Of a stretch of 64,000 nucleotides of DNA, positions 40,630 to 50,473 are shown piece by piece. The stretch comes from Candidatus Micrarchaeota archaeon (GTDB lineage Archaea; Iainarchaeota; Iainarchaeia; JAADDC01). The first letter of the stretch is position 1; every line of letters begins with the position of its first letter. The translations under genes and the position numbers were made by a program. The notes beneath the pieces were generated by a model. That model saw only the letters and a list, made by a program, of their open reading frames with translations. It ran no database searches and was not told the origin of the DNA. Where the stretch lies: assembly GCA_027046625.1 (NCBI GenBank), contig JALTXX010000016.1, positions 5,512 to 69,511 of the forward strand, in the 5' to 3' direction.

Positions 40630-41136
40630 AACCCTTACCTTGTAGTGACCCGGCATCTTCATGGCGGCCCTTCGCATAGCCTCTCTCACAACATTCTCAT
40701 ACCTTTTATAACTTACTACCTCAAACATGATCTTCCCTGGGTAAACCTGTGCTGCCCTCCCTATAGGTTTTCCAAAGGCCATTCTCATACCTTTCTGTAA
40801 TCTATCAGCTCCAGCACCCGTTATTTGCTTGTTCTCTCTTAGAACATGGTGAGGATATGCCCTCACCCTTATGAAGAAGTTTTTGGGTATCTTTTTCTCC
40901 AAATATTTAATTATGGATAACCTTGCAGCCTCTATGGCATTATCCCTTACCTGAACAGCATCCTGGGCTATGAGAGTATAGACAGTGTCAAAATCCTCCT
41001 TCATCTCCCCTTGCACGAACTTTCTTATCTTTGGAACAGGATTTGCACCAATGTAATTCTTCTCTGGCACTTTTACTGCTACTCTTGTATAGGGTCTCTC
41101 TATCTCTCTGTAGCATCGCGCAGGTCTCAGTCCCAT
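40612..41136 (-). CDS. rpl10e: 50S ribosomal protein L10e (uL16)
   Basis: 174 aa; MGLRPARCYR N-terminus. Confidence 0.9.
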   Translation of the reverse strand: MGLRPARCYREIERPYTRVAVKVPEKNYIGANPVPKIRKFVQGEMKEDFDTVYTLIAQDAVQVRDNAIEAARLSIIKYLEKKIPKNFFIRVRAYPHHVLRENKQITGAGADRLQKGMRMAFGKPIGRAAQVYPGKIMFEVVSYKRYENVVREAMRRAAMKMPGHYKVRVSPIGG

Positions 41137-41216
41137 GCCACTATGATGGAATGTGAGATTTAAAAAGTGCTCGGCCTTAGCAACGCTTAAATATGCAGAG
41201 TACCTAACTCAACATA

Positions 41217-42509
41217 ATGAGAGCCATCCTTCTGCTCCTTCTTTTGCCCTTCGCCTTTTCCAAGGTTGGTATATATGCAAAAGATTTTTCCGTAACTTGT
41301 TATAGATATAGCGACGATGTAAGATCTCTAAATCCAGAAACGCCGAATATTTTGGTGTCCTATCTGAGAGATGGAGGATTTGATGTGGAGCTCTTCTACT
41401 CTACGGAGGATATTGGAAAGTATGACGGAATAATAGTACTTGGATGTACATCTATGGATCCAAAGGATGTAGAGAGATTTCTATCCTTTGAAGGAAGGTT
41501 GGTGGTGGATGCTAGGGATGACAATCCTCTTTCTTCTGCGCTAGGTGTAAAGAGGAAGAGTTATCCCCTTGAGGGGACGGATACAAGCTCCTTCAGAGAC
41601 GTATATGTGAACATTACAAATGGGATCCTTCTAAAGCACGTTATAAAGGGAGGCCCGCTTGTAGGGTATGAAAGGATGTATTATGTTGGCAATCCCATAT
41701 TCCTTCCTTCAAGATTTAAAAGCGGGTTCTTGACCCCAACGGGAGAGGATGTGTTAGGAATAGACGATAACGTGGTGGTGACAGGATGTTTTTACTGTTC
41801 AGACCCGCTTCTGCTATATAACTTGGTGGACTGGGTAGAGGACGGGAAGATAGACTTCCCCAGCTTTTACATTGAGAGGGAGATAACCCCCTCCTTGGTG
41901 AGGGTAGGGGGTACCTTTGTGGACATTGTAAGGGTTAGGTCTCCCAAGGAGATGGAAGTGAGGGGAGAATACATATACGGTGAGGGCGGCGGGCAGTTCT
42001 GCAACTTTACACCCATAAATACAGAGTTTTCCGGTCCGGAAATAACAGGAAGAGAGTACGAAGTAGAAGCAAGGTTTATTTACAGGCCGGAAGAGCCCGT
42101 GTACTGCTATCTTCCTCCTGTAGTACTTGATCTTCTATGGAAAGCTTATAAGAGAACCGTAATACTTGATGCTATACCTGTAACAGTATCTTCTACTACT
42201 GTAGCGTTACCAGAAAGACCCCTAGACTGGATATACGTTTTGATTCCTCTAATTCTACTTATACTACTCTCTCCCTTCCTCTATAAACAGCTAAAAATAA
42301 GGAGGCTAAAGAAGCGATGGATTCAGTTAAAGAGGCTTATAGACAAGACAAACCAGCGTTATATGGCAAGGAAGATATCTAAAGAGGTGTATGAAGAGCT
42401 TATAACGGAGTATACGAAGGAGCTTCAGCTTGTTGAAGGAGCGCTCACCGAGCTTGGCGTAGATATAACCACCCTAGAACGATCACACCGCCCACAAGGA
42501 GAACGATAA
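41217..42509 (+). CDS. hypothetical secreted protein with C-terminal TM anchor and basic coiled tail
   Basis: 430 aa; N-terminal signal MRAILLLLLLPFAFS; TM near residue 345. Confidence 0.45.
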   Translation: MRAILLLLLLPFAFSKVGIYAKDFSVTCYRYSDDVRSLNPETPNILVSYLRDGGFDVELFYSTEDIGKYDGIIVLGCTSMDPKDVERFLSFEGRLVVDARDDNPLSSALGVKRKSYPLEGTDTSSFRDVYVNITNGILLKHVIKGGPLVGYERMYYVGNPIFLPSRFKSGFLTPTGEDVLGIDDNVVVTGCFYCSDPLLLYNLVDWVEDGKIDFPSFYIEREITPSLVRVGGTFVDIVRVRSPKEMEVRGEYIYGEGGGQFCNFTPINTEFSGPEITGREYEVEARFIYRPEEPVYCYLPPVVLDLLWKAYKRTVILDAIPVTVSSTTVALPERPLDWIYVLIPLILLILLSPFLYKQLKIRRLKKRWIQLKRLIDKTNQRYMARKISKEVYEELITEYTKELQLVEGALTELGVDITTLERSHRPQGER

Positions 42510-43335
42510 AGTATAGCGGGATACCCTCTTCACTTCCATATACTGTGGTGCTTGATTTTGTAGAACACTCCCCAGATCTTACCTCTACTGTGATCTCCAC
42601 AGGGAAGGATTCCACCCTTGATATTATTTCAAACAGTTTGGAATCCTTGGTGTATCGCACCTCCACGTTGTTACCATTTAGTGTAGCCACAACGTTGGAG
42701 GGGACGACCCTTTTACCATCTAGGAGCACCTCAAAGGTGTGTATTATGTATGTATCTCCTCCTTCCCTTAGCTGCTTGGTGGAAAGGTGGTTGATCTCCA
42801 GATTGCAGGATGAGAGTTTTACTATGGGAGAAGAGAGGGATGGGGAGCCCCTTCTTACCCTATAGCTGAGATAACCTCTCCCGTCCTTTACAGTAACAAA
42901 CCATGCAACGGTAGGATCAAACTCCAATACCATTTTATCCTCCGAGAGTATCTCGTCCGCATCCTCTACCATCTCCTTGGGAAACTCCTCTATCACAAGG
43001 TAATTTCCATCCTCCCCCTCTATAGTAATGGATACGCTTTTTCCATTGATTGTCTTTGACCAGTTATTCCCCTTGATGACATCGTAATCTACTGTTACAA
43101 GCTTGTTATCCAGGGAAGTAAACACAACCCTAAGCTTATCTCCTGCATCAATATCTGCACAACACACATACTTCCCATTTTTGTATTCACAGGTTGCCAG
43201 TGCGGTGCTATCATCTGACATGAAAGTGGCGTAATTCTTTACATTTGGGAGTCTATCTACGCAGATTGTGTTTGCGAATGATGTGGTAGACAGTACGAGC
43301 AGGAACACCAGTGGATAAAGCAATGGACGCCACAT
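42445..43335 (-). CDS. hypothetical secreted protein with C-terminal TM anchor
   Basis: start trimmed to MWRPLLYPLVFLLVLSTTSFA signal peptide (ORF track starts 43440); C-terminal hydrophobic segment. Confidence 0.4.
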   Translation of the reverse strand: MWRPLLYPLVFLLVLSTTSFANTICVDRLPNVKNYATFMSDDSTALATCEYKNGKYVCCADIDAGDKLRVVFTSLDNKLVTVDYDVIKGNNWSKTINGKSVSITIEGEDGNYLVIEEFPKEMVEDADEILSEDKMVLEFDPTVAWFVTVKDGRGYLSYRVRRGSPSLSSPIVKLSSCNLEINHLSTKQLREGGDTYIIHTFEVLLDGKRVVPSNVVATLNGNNVEVRYTKDSKLFEIISRVESFPVEITVEVRSGECSTKSSTTVYGSEEGIPLYFIVLLVGGVIVLGWLYLRQAR

Positions 43336-43627
43336 CTTCTCCAGAAACATATTTGTGCAGGATGATTTTAATGGTTTCCTCAGAATGCTTTGGAGGTCTT
43401 CCCCTCCCCCTCCCGCTCTCCACCACCCTGATGCCCACACTTTCCAAAGCCCTTATTACGGAGGGATCGGATATATGTTTAATACTCTTTGGAACTACTA
43501 TGCGCTTTAAGGAGGGCATGCGAAGCAGTATGTTTGTTACAAGCTTTTTGGAAAGCCGAATGGATATGTAAACACTATCATCGTCCTTTAATTTTTCCAC
43601 ATCACTTATTCTTCTCACTTTTTGCAT
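43253..43627 (-). CDS. small HTH-containing protein (AT-hook-like GRGRGRPPK plus Tc1/resolvase-type HTH)
   Basis: 124 aa; C-terminal SIALSTGVPARTVYHIIRKH helix-turn-helix; last gene of the top6B-top6A string. Confidence 0.4.
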   Translation of the reverse strand: MQKVRRISDVEKLKDDDSVYISIRLSKKLVTNILLRMPSLKRIVVPKSIKHISDPSVIRALESVGIRVVESGRGRGRPPKHSEETIKIILHKYVSGEDVASIALSTGVPARTVYHIIRKHNLRR

Positions 43628-44609
43628 TTTTCAATGCCTCCAAGAACCTTTCAGCTTTGCTCCCCCCTTTACACATATCCTTCAAGAGGGAGTGTGCAAG
43701 ATCCCTTGTGTATAGAGAACGTCCCAATCCCTCAATCTTTTTTAACGTGCTTAGGATACGTTCTCTTTTGCATTCATCATCCCTAATATAGGATTCTATC
43801 TGGTCTACTGATGTGACACCTCTCAAGGGCCTTTTTGGATAGTAGGGAGGGAAGTACGTGAAGTATTTAACAAGAAACCGGGATATTTCCCTAGCTACCC
43901 TATCTGATAGAATATGGTACGCCCTGAACCTCTTGCTCCTAACCTCCTTTAGTACGGCGGGATCTATTTCTCCCTCCTTTGTAAGAAATCCTTCCTCCTC
44001 TAACCTTTGTAAAAGCATCCACATGATTTCTTCGTTTCTATATATGTTGTCAATGCCAAAGGAGAGTACAATGTTTACGTATCTCTGGGCCCTCTCCGAT
44101 AACGTGGGTAGCTTAACCTCTTCAAGGGACTTTGCCAGACCTATATATGTAACTATGAGGTGAGTTGATCTAGGTAGCTTCTTTTTGTGCATAAAATCTG
44201 TAAACACCATGAAAGCGGCACCATTCTTTACAACCTTCATATAGGAGCCATCGTAGGGCAGAAATGGGATGTAATCCGTTAATATGTTATCTTCTAGGGA
44301 GTATAGAGCCAGTTTGTTGGCATGATAAGCTACTGTAGCCCTCTCGAGGGTCCACTTCTTGATATTTATAGAGTATATATATCTTTTCAACGCATTTATA
44401 GCCTCGAAGAGTTCCTCATCTTCCAGTTCTTCCATACCAGGAAGGAGCTTCCTAAGAGAAAGAGCAGGTGTGCGAAAGCCTTGCCTATGCATCTCTGATA
44501 TGAACTCTTTGAGCCTTTTTACCCTTTTTCTTAGCGTGTTTACATCCCTTGTCTCATCATAGGCATCAAGCTCTTCATTTACCTGTGCTACAAGTTCTCC
44601 CACGTCCAC
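43602..44609 (-). CDS. hypothetical protein encoded directly downstream of top6A
   Basis: 335 aa; no recognised motif; 43-nt gap to top6A and 26-nt overlap with the next gene suggest co-transcription. Confidence 0.45.
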   Translation of the reverse strand: MDVGELVAQVNEELDAYDETRDVNTLRKRVKRLKEFISEMHRQGFRTPALSLRKLLPGMEELEDEELFEAINALKRYIYSINIKKWTLERATVAYHANKLALYSLEDNILTDYIPFLPYDGSYMKVVKNGAAFMVFTDFMHKKKLPRSTHLIVTYIGLAKSLEEVKLPTLSERAQRYVNIVLSFGIDNIYRNEEIMWMLLQRLEEEGFLTKEGEIDPAVLKEVRSKRFRAYHILSDRVAREISRFLVKYFTYFPPYYPKRPLRGVTSVDQIESYIRDDECKRERILSTLKKIEGLGRSLYTRDLAHSLLKDMCKGGSKAERFLEALKNAKSEKNK

Positions 44610-44652
44610 ATTACTATGGTACTACGCTGCTAATATAAGCATATCTGAAAAA

Positions 44653-45801
44653 TTATGGCAAAAAGGCCTTGGCCTCCAGCTTGGCAGGCACATAATCCTT
44701 TGATATGAATCTCCAGTGTTTTGAGGCAGCAGCCTCAATTTCCATCTTGAACTGCTCTTTCTCTAGTAGTTCAAACTCTCTTTGCCATTCCTTCTTCTTA
44801 AACCATGGATAATTTTTCAGCTCGTTAACCCTCTTTATATCCCACTCCTTTAGTTTTATCTTCACTGTGGGCGGAAACTTGAACTCGTGGTAATCTGAGA
44901 TGGTTAGACCCAGGAACCTGGCTGCAGGGGTTGCGAGTTGGGGAGAAAGGTAAGATAGGTTTATGGAGCCCTGTTTGTATACGGAATATATGTACCACCC
45001 AGCAGGATCTGCATCTGTGAGTACATACACAGGCAACTTAAATTCGTAGTGCAGTCTGTGAACTAACCTTCTTGTGGCCCTGTCTGCCTGGCCTCCGCCT
45101 GTTATAATGATGGCATTGTACTCATCCCAGAACCTATCCTCATGGAATCTTACCCAAGACGCAAACTTCTCAATAACTAGCACAAACTCTGCCTCTACCT
45201 TTTTTATGTGGACCCTTTCTGGCTCTACAATGGGAGGTATGGCCCAGCCCCCCATACCTAACATGGTTCCATCCACCTCTGTGACCCTATGTTTTCCATC
45301 GGGGGACGGGACCCTCTCTTCTATCTCTATGGGGCCTGCTAGATGCCCCTTCCCTCCCTGGGACATGATGTGAAACTCCTCTCTTATGACGTTTAGCATG
45401 GTTTCAAGGTCTTCTATAGCCTTGTCACTTTCCCTCTGCTCATCTACGAGGTTCTCCCTTGTGCCTGGAATAGTAAACTTTACTGTGTAGTAGAGATCTC
45501 TCAAGCTTGATGTAATACCCTCCTCTACAAGTTCCTTTATTCTGCTTGCCACCCATACAGTTTGGAGGAAGCGCTTTGCATGTGCTATATTCAAGAAGTA
45601 TCTTCTAGAAAGCTTTTCTCCCATAAGGATTACACCCTTTTCCTCGTCCCATATAACATTTGAGAGTGTTCTTGTTGGTAGCTCTATGTAAAGATCCTTC
45701 TCTTTCTCTGCTTTTTCTAGTATAGACTCTGCCCACTCCTTTAATCGCTTCAAAACCTCCTTATCCTTCCTTCTAATCTCCTCAATAATCTTCTCGTTCA
45801 T
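44653..45801 (-). CDS. top6A: DNA topoisomerase VI subunit A (Spo11-like)
   Basis: 382 aa; winged-helix/5Y-CAP then Toprim YVLTDADPAGWYI. Confidence 0.9.
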   Translation of the reverse strand: MNEKIIEEIRRKDKEVLKRLKEWAESILEKAEKEKDLYIELPTRTLSNVIWDEEKGVILMGEKLSRRYFLNIAHAKRFLQTVWVASRIKELVEEGITSSLRDLYYTVKFTIPGTRENLVDEQRESDKAIEDLETMLNVIREEFHIMSQGGKGHLAGPIEIEERVPSPDGKHRVTEVDGTMLGMGGWAIPPIVEPERVHIKKVEAEFVLVIEKFASWVRFHEDRFWDEYNAIIITGGGQADRATRRLVHRLHYEFKLPVYVLTDADPAGWYIYSVYKQGSINLSYLSPQLATPAARFLGLTISDYHEFKFPPTVKIKLKEWDIKRVNELKNYPWFKKKEWQREFELLEKEQFKMEIEAAASKHWRFISKDYVPAKLEAKAFLP

Positions 45802-47477
45802 GCACTCTCAACCTCCAGTTTCTTCATAAGCTCCTCTAGTCTCTTGTATCTCTCTTCTAGGAGGGATTTTAGAGTACTTTCTACCACTTTTTCATCCTTT
45901 CCTGTTAGGGTAGCCAGACCTTTGGATAAAAATGGTAGATAATGTTCTAAGATCTTCTTCTTTTGCATAAGCTCATTGATGCTGTGTACTTTTGATGTAT
46001 ACTCCTTTAGCTTTCTTCCAGCCTCCATAAGGGCCTGCCTTATCTCGTTGTACACCTCCGGTACATCTGCTATGGCCTGTTTTCCTGCTGTGGTATAAGG
46101 TATGTGGGTTGATGAGATGTTTACCATGATAACTACAGGGGCATTGAAGACATCCACGCCGTATCTGTTCCAATCAATACTTTTTACCGCTTCTGTAATG
46201 GCACACCCCCCGCTATCAAATAGGAGCGGCACCCTGTTGGCAAACCTCATAAGTTCAAAGTTTTCAATCTTTCCTCCAACTGCTATTCCAACCTCTACCT
46301 GGAAGGGGATACCTCCGTAGTATACTTTTGGCTTTCTCTCTACCACAGACACAAACGATGGTTTTAGGTTTGCCTTTAGGGAAGTTTTGATGCGTTCCTT
46401 CCCAATGGGTATGAGTACATCTGTGCTAGGACCTCTTATTTTTACCTCTTTTAGAATATTAAGTAGATTCTTAGCCTTCTCTTCATCTATCTCCTTACCT
46501 AAAACCTTTTTGAGCATTTCAATACCTTCTTTTTCATCAAAATCTCTCTTCTTTTCTGCCATTGTTCTTAGCAGCCTAAAGAGCATTACGATCCTTTCTG
46601 CCTCCTCCCATGTTAGTTCTTGAGGAGGTTTGTTTAGCTCTCTAGGGAGAATATGCAACATAGATATGATAGCTTTGCTACCTATGCCGTGAAGATGAGA
46701 GGTGATCATGCGAGCTACTGTTTTGCTCTTTGCTATCCTGCTAAGGGAGAAAATGTCATCTGTTGTGATACCAAATGGATGAGGCTTTGCCTCTATACCT
46801 ATCTTTACAGGTTCGAAGGTACTTCTCTCAAAGGTGGTAATCTTTCCGTCGGGCTCTGTAAATCTTATAGTGACATGGGGGTTGGCCAAAGCTGTCCTTC
46901 TGAGATACTCATATACGGAGTATTTTCCTCTGTTGTATTCCACCTCCTTTAGCTCTACGATTACCTCTGTACCTCTGAAATCCCCTGGATAGTGCCTTTT
47001 AGACTTTACATCAGGCTCGTTCTTTGTTACATCTACCATTACCTCCATTTCCCATACCGTTCCATCCCCTGTAGAGGTGATAATCTTCACTGGCTTACCT
47101 GTGGTAATCTGGGAAAATAGTGTTACACCTGCAGCCCCGATACCTTGTTGACCCCTAGTCTGTATCATTCTATGGAACTTTGTGCCGGCGAGAAGTTTTC
47201 CAAACACCCTTGGAGCTATGTGGGGAGGAATACCAGGGCCATTATCCTTTACCGTTAGCCTATAATGCTCATCTCCCAACCTTTCCAGCGAAACAGATAT
47301 ATCCGGCAGTATACCAACCTCTTCACATGCATCCAATGAGTTGGTTACAAGTTCATGAACTGCGGTAGTAAGTGATCGTACCTTTCCTGAGTAGCCTAGC
47401 ATGTGTTTGTTTTTCTTGAAAAACTCTGCCACAGAGTGCTCCTTAAACTCTTTGAATATGTCTGTGCCCTCAGGCAT
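45798..47477 (-). CDS. top6B: DNA topoisomerase VI subunit B (GHKL ATPase)
   Basis: 559 aa; Bergerat fold motifs ELVTNSLDACEE, DNGPGIP, GxxGxG; 4-nt overlap with top6A. Confidence 0.9.
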   Translation of the reverse strand: MPEGTDIFKEFKEHSVAEFFKKNKHMLGYSGKVRSLTTAVHELVTNSLDACEEVGILPDISVSLERLGDEHYRLTVKDNGPGIPPHIAPRVFGKLLAGTKFHRMIQTRGQQGIGAAGVTLFSQITTGKPVKIITSTGDGTVWEMEVMVDVTKNEPDVKSKRHYPGDFRGTEVIVELKEVEYNRGKYSVYEYLRRTALANPHVTIRFTEPDGKITTFERSTFEPVKIGIEAKPHPFGITTDDIFSLSRIAKSKTVARMITSHLHGIGSKAIISMLHILPRELNKPPQELTWEEAERIVMLFRLLRTMAEKKRDFDEKEGIEMLKKVLGKEIDEEKAKNLLNILKEVKIRGPSTDVLIPIGKERIKTSLKANLKPSFVSVVERKPKVYYGGIPFQVEVGIAVGGKIENFELMRFANRVPLLFDSGGCAITEAVKSIDWNRYGVDVFNAPVVIMVNISSTHIPYTTAGKQAIADVPEVYNEIRQALMEAGRKLKEYTSKVHSINELMQKKKILEHYLPFLSKGLATLTGKDEKVVESTLKSLLEERYKRLEELMKKLEVESA

Positions 47478-47507
47478 GGATCATCTCTCTTATTTGAAGA
47501 GAAATTA

Positions 47508-48119
47508 TTAAATATCCCCTCTCTCTTCCTTTTCCCATATGCCAAACTTGCTATATATTTTTTCCATGGTTTCTCTCCTCTTTTCATTCTCCAACTCCCT
47601 GAATACCACCGTATGAGGACTCCCATCAACTATCAGCCTATTTATAGCTCTCTTTGCAAGCTCTATAGCTTCAAAGGTGCCTATGATAGATACTGTGTTA
47701 CCATATATCCTTATGTTTGTATCTGTAAGCTCCTCTAACCTCTTTCTTGCCGAGCCCTTGCTACCTATGAGACGGGCTCTCTGCCGGGGGATGGCATGCC
47801 TCCCCAGCACCTCCTTCAGGTTGATAATCTCAAGGTATACATCGTCCCTGAAGAGGTTGAGGGCCGTGTCTGGGTCAAAGCCTCTGCCTATTGCCTTCAC
47901 AACCCTAACAGCGTTCAGAAAATTTATAGGATCGGTTCCTTTCCCGCCCTTTACTGTTACTTCCCCACTCTTGGAATCTATCCGTATTCTTACATCTGCA
48001 AGATTCTCTATTCTTTTCTTAACCTTCCCTTTTTTACCTATTAATACTCCTATTCTTTCCCTTGGAATTCTCACAGATTCTTCCATTCCCTCTTCTCCAT
48101 ACATGAAGTCTTCCTCCAC
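47508..48119 (-). CDS. double KH-domain RNA-binding protein (Dim2/Pno1-like)
   Basis: 203 aa; two KH GxxG motifs (IGKKGKV, IGSKGSA). Confidence 0.7.
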   Translation of the reverse strand: MEEDFMYGEEGMEESVRIPRERIGVLIGKKGKVKKRIENLADVRIRIDSKSGEVTVKGGKGTDPINFLNAVRVVKAIGRGFDPDTALNLFRDDVYLEIINLKEVLGRHAIPRQRARLIGSKGSARKRLEELTDTNIRIYGNTVSIIGTFEAIELAKRAINRLIVDGSPHTVVFRELENEKRRETMEKIYSKFGIWEKEERGDI

Positions 48120-48133
48120 AAACTATCCAATGT

Positions 48134-50473
48134 ATGCATCACTTTTTTAACCCACCCATCCCTATTACATTCATGTCCTATTCCATTATTTCACCCCTCC
48201 TCATTATCCTCATCGTAGTAGCCTCCTCCCTCTTCCTCTACAACACCGTCATCTCCTCTCTCCAACCCATCCAGTCCACTCCTTCCTTCGTTCCACTAAT
48301 CATCGAAGAATACAAACAGGAGGGCAACCTTCTCACCCTCTACATCAGAAACCCCTCAAACACCTCAGCCTCCCTCCCCTACATCCTCGTCAAAACAGAA
48401 GAAGGGATAACAAAGATTGACCTCAACGCCACCATCCCCCCAAACTCCTCCCAGCCCATCACGGTAGAGCTCCCCTCCACTACATCCCAAGAGATAGAGG
48501 TATCCCTTGGAGGAAGCACCTCCTACCAGGTCCAGATAGAGCCTACAACTTCACTGTCAGCTCTATTCTGCCCTATCCTACCTCCAGACTGCACAGACCC
48601 CAACTCTCCCTGTGCAGGCACCGGCTGTTTAGCCTCGTATCCAAAGATCTTAGGAACTTATACATTTCCTACTAATGTTGCGCACGATATGGCTCTTCAT
48701 CCAGAAAGAAACCTGGCCTTCGTAGTCAACGGATATTCAGGCCTCCTCACCATCAACTACACAAATCCTTCCTCCCCAACATTAGAAGGAAACTATGACA
48801 CCCCAGGCTATGCCCAGAGTGTAGCCCTTGATACCCAGAAGAACTTGGCCTTTGTAGCAGATAGATCATCAGGCCTCCTCATAATAAATTACGCTATTCC
48901 ATCTTCTCTTACCTTAGAAGGTAATTACAATACTTCTGGCGACGCTCTAGGAGTAGCCCTCCTCCCAGAAAAGAACCTCGCCTTCGTAGCCGACGGACTT
49001 TCAGGCCTCCTCATCATAAATTATACCAACCCCGCTAACCCTGTATTAGAAGGCAACTACAACACTCCAGGAACAGCTATCTCTGTGGCTCTCGATCCCG
49101 AAAAAAACCTTGCCTTTGTAATCGATGGCAATTTACAAATTGTTGACTACACCAACCCATCATCTCCAACCCTGGTAGGAAGCTATGCCACCCCAGATAA
49201 TGCATTTTCGGCTGCCTTACTTCCCGGGATGAATATAGCTTTTGTGGTGGTTGGTTACTCCGGTATTCTTATTATCGATTACACAGACCCCACAAACCCC
49301 ACTTTAATTTCTGAGCATAACACTTTAAGCCCAGCGATTGATGTGGTTCTATCTCCAGAGAGTAACACCGCGTTTGTAGGCACCTACGACTCTGTCATTG
49401 TTATAGATTATACAGATCCGGCAAATCCTGTAGTAGAGAAGAATTTCTTTATTAGTATAAATTACTCCATAGCCTTTTCTTCAGACAGGAACCTTTTATT
49501 TACGGGCTCATTCCATCAGATTAACATCATTGATTACTCGCAGCCTGACACTGCCCCATCGCTCCTTACTAACTACCCTATAAGCATAATAACAAGGGGT
49601 ACGGCAGTAGGAGTCATCCTCCTATCAGAGAAAAACCTTGCCTTTGTAGCCGACAGGGACTCAAACTATGTCCTCATCATAAACTACACCGATCCTACAA
49701 CCCCTATTTTAGAAGGCAACTACAACACTCCAGGAACAGCTATCTCTGTGGCTCTCGATCCCGAAAAAAACCTCGCCTTTGTAATCGATGGCAATTTACA
49801 AATTGTTGACTACACCAACCCATCATCTCCAACCCTGGTAGGAAGCTATGCCACCCCAGGATATGCCCAGAGTGTAGCCCTTGATACCCAGAAGAACTTG
49901 GCCTTCGTGGCGGATAGTACCGCAGGTCTTCTAATAATCAGCTATACAGATCCTACCAGCCCTACTCTGGTAGGAAGCTATAGCGTACCATACTATGCTG
50001 CTGGTGTTGCTCTCCTCCCAGAAAAGAACTTGGCCTTCGTAGCCGACGGACCTTCAGGCCTCCTCATCATAAATTATACCAACCCCGCTAACCCTGTATT
50101 AGAAGGCAACTACAACACTCCAGGATATGCTGAAGACGTAGCCATAGATATAGAAAGAAATCTGGCCTTTGTAGCAGACAATGAAGCAGGTGTTCAAATA
50201 ATAGACTATACTATCTCCTCCTCCCCAGTAATAGCAGGATCCTACGACACCCCGGGCTACGTATTCAATGTAGCCCTCCTCCCAGAAAAGAACTTGGCCT
50301 TCGTAGCCGACGGACCTTCAGGCCTCCTCATCATCAACTACACTAACCCATCATCTCCAACCCTAGTAGCAAGATCGTATCCAGCGTCAACAGATGTAGC
50401 ATTGGATGGAAACCTGTTGTTTGTTGCTGGAGGAAACCTTTACGTTCTAAACATCTGCAACTGTTTGACTTAA
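48134..50473 (+). CDS. LVIVD-repeat beta-propeller surface protein with N-terminal signal anchor
   Basis: 779 aa; about 14 repeats of NLAFVAD-GxSGLLIINYTNPSSPTLxGxYxTPGxAxxVAL (LVIVD-type); start may be the internal Met at 48173. Confidence 0.7.
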   Translation: MHHFFNPPIPITFMSYSIISPLLIILIVVASSLFLYNTVISSLQPIQSTPSFVPLIIEEYKQEGNLLTLYIRNPSNTSASLPYILVKTEEGITKIDLNATIPPNSSQPITVELPSTTSQEIEVSLGGSTSYQVQIEPTTSLSALFCPILPPDCTDPNSPCAGTGCLASYPKILGTYTFPTNVAHDMALHPERNLAFVVNGYSGLLTINYTNPSSPTLEGNYDTPGYAQSVALDTQKNLAFVADRSSGLLIINYAIPSSLTLEGNYNTSGDALGVALLPEKNLAFVADGLSGLLIINYTNPANPVLEGNYNTPGTAISVALDPEKNLAFVIDGNLQIVDYTNPSSPTLVGSYATPDNAFSAALLPGMNIAFVVVGYSGILIIDYTDPTNPTLISEHNTLSPAIDVVLSPESNTAFVGTYDSVIVIDYTDPANPVVEKNFFISINYSIAFSSDRNLLFTGSFHQINIIDYSQPDTAPSLLTNYPISIITRGTAVGVILLSEKNLAFVADRDSNYVLIINYTDPTTPILEGNYNTPGTAISVALDPEKNLAFVIDGNLQIVDYTNPSSPTLVGSYATPGYAQSVALDTQKNLAFVADSTAGLLIISYTDPTSPTLVGSYSVPYYAAGVALLPEKNLAFVADGPSGLLIINYTNPANPVLEGNYNTPGYAEDVAIDIERNLAFVADNEAGVQIIDYTISSSPVIAGSYDTPGYVFNVALLPEKNLAFVADGPSGLLIINYTNPSSPTLVARSYPASTDVALDGNLLFVAGGNLYVLNICNCLT

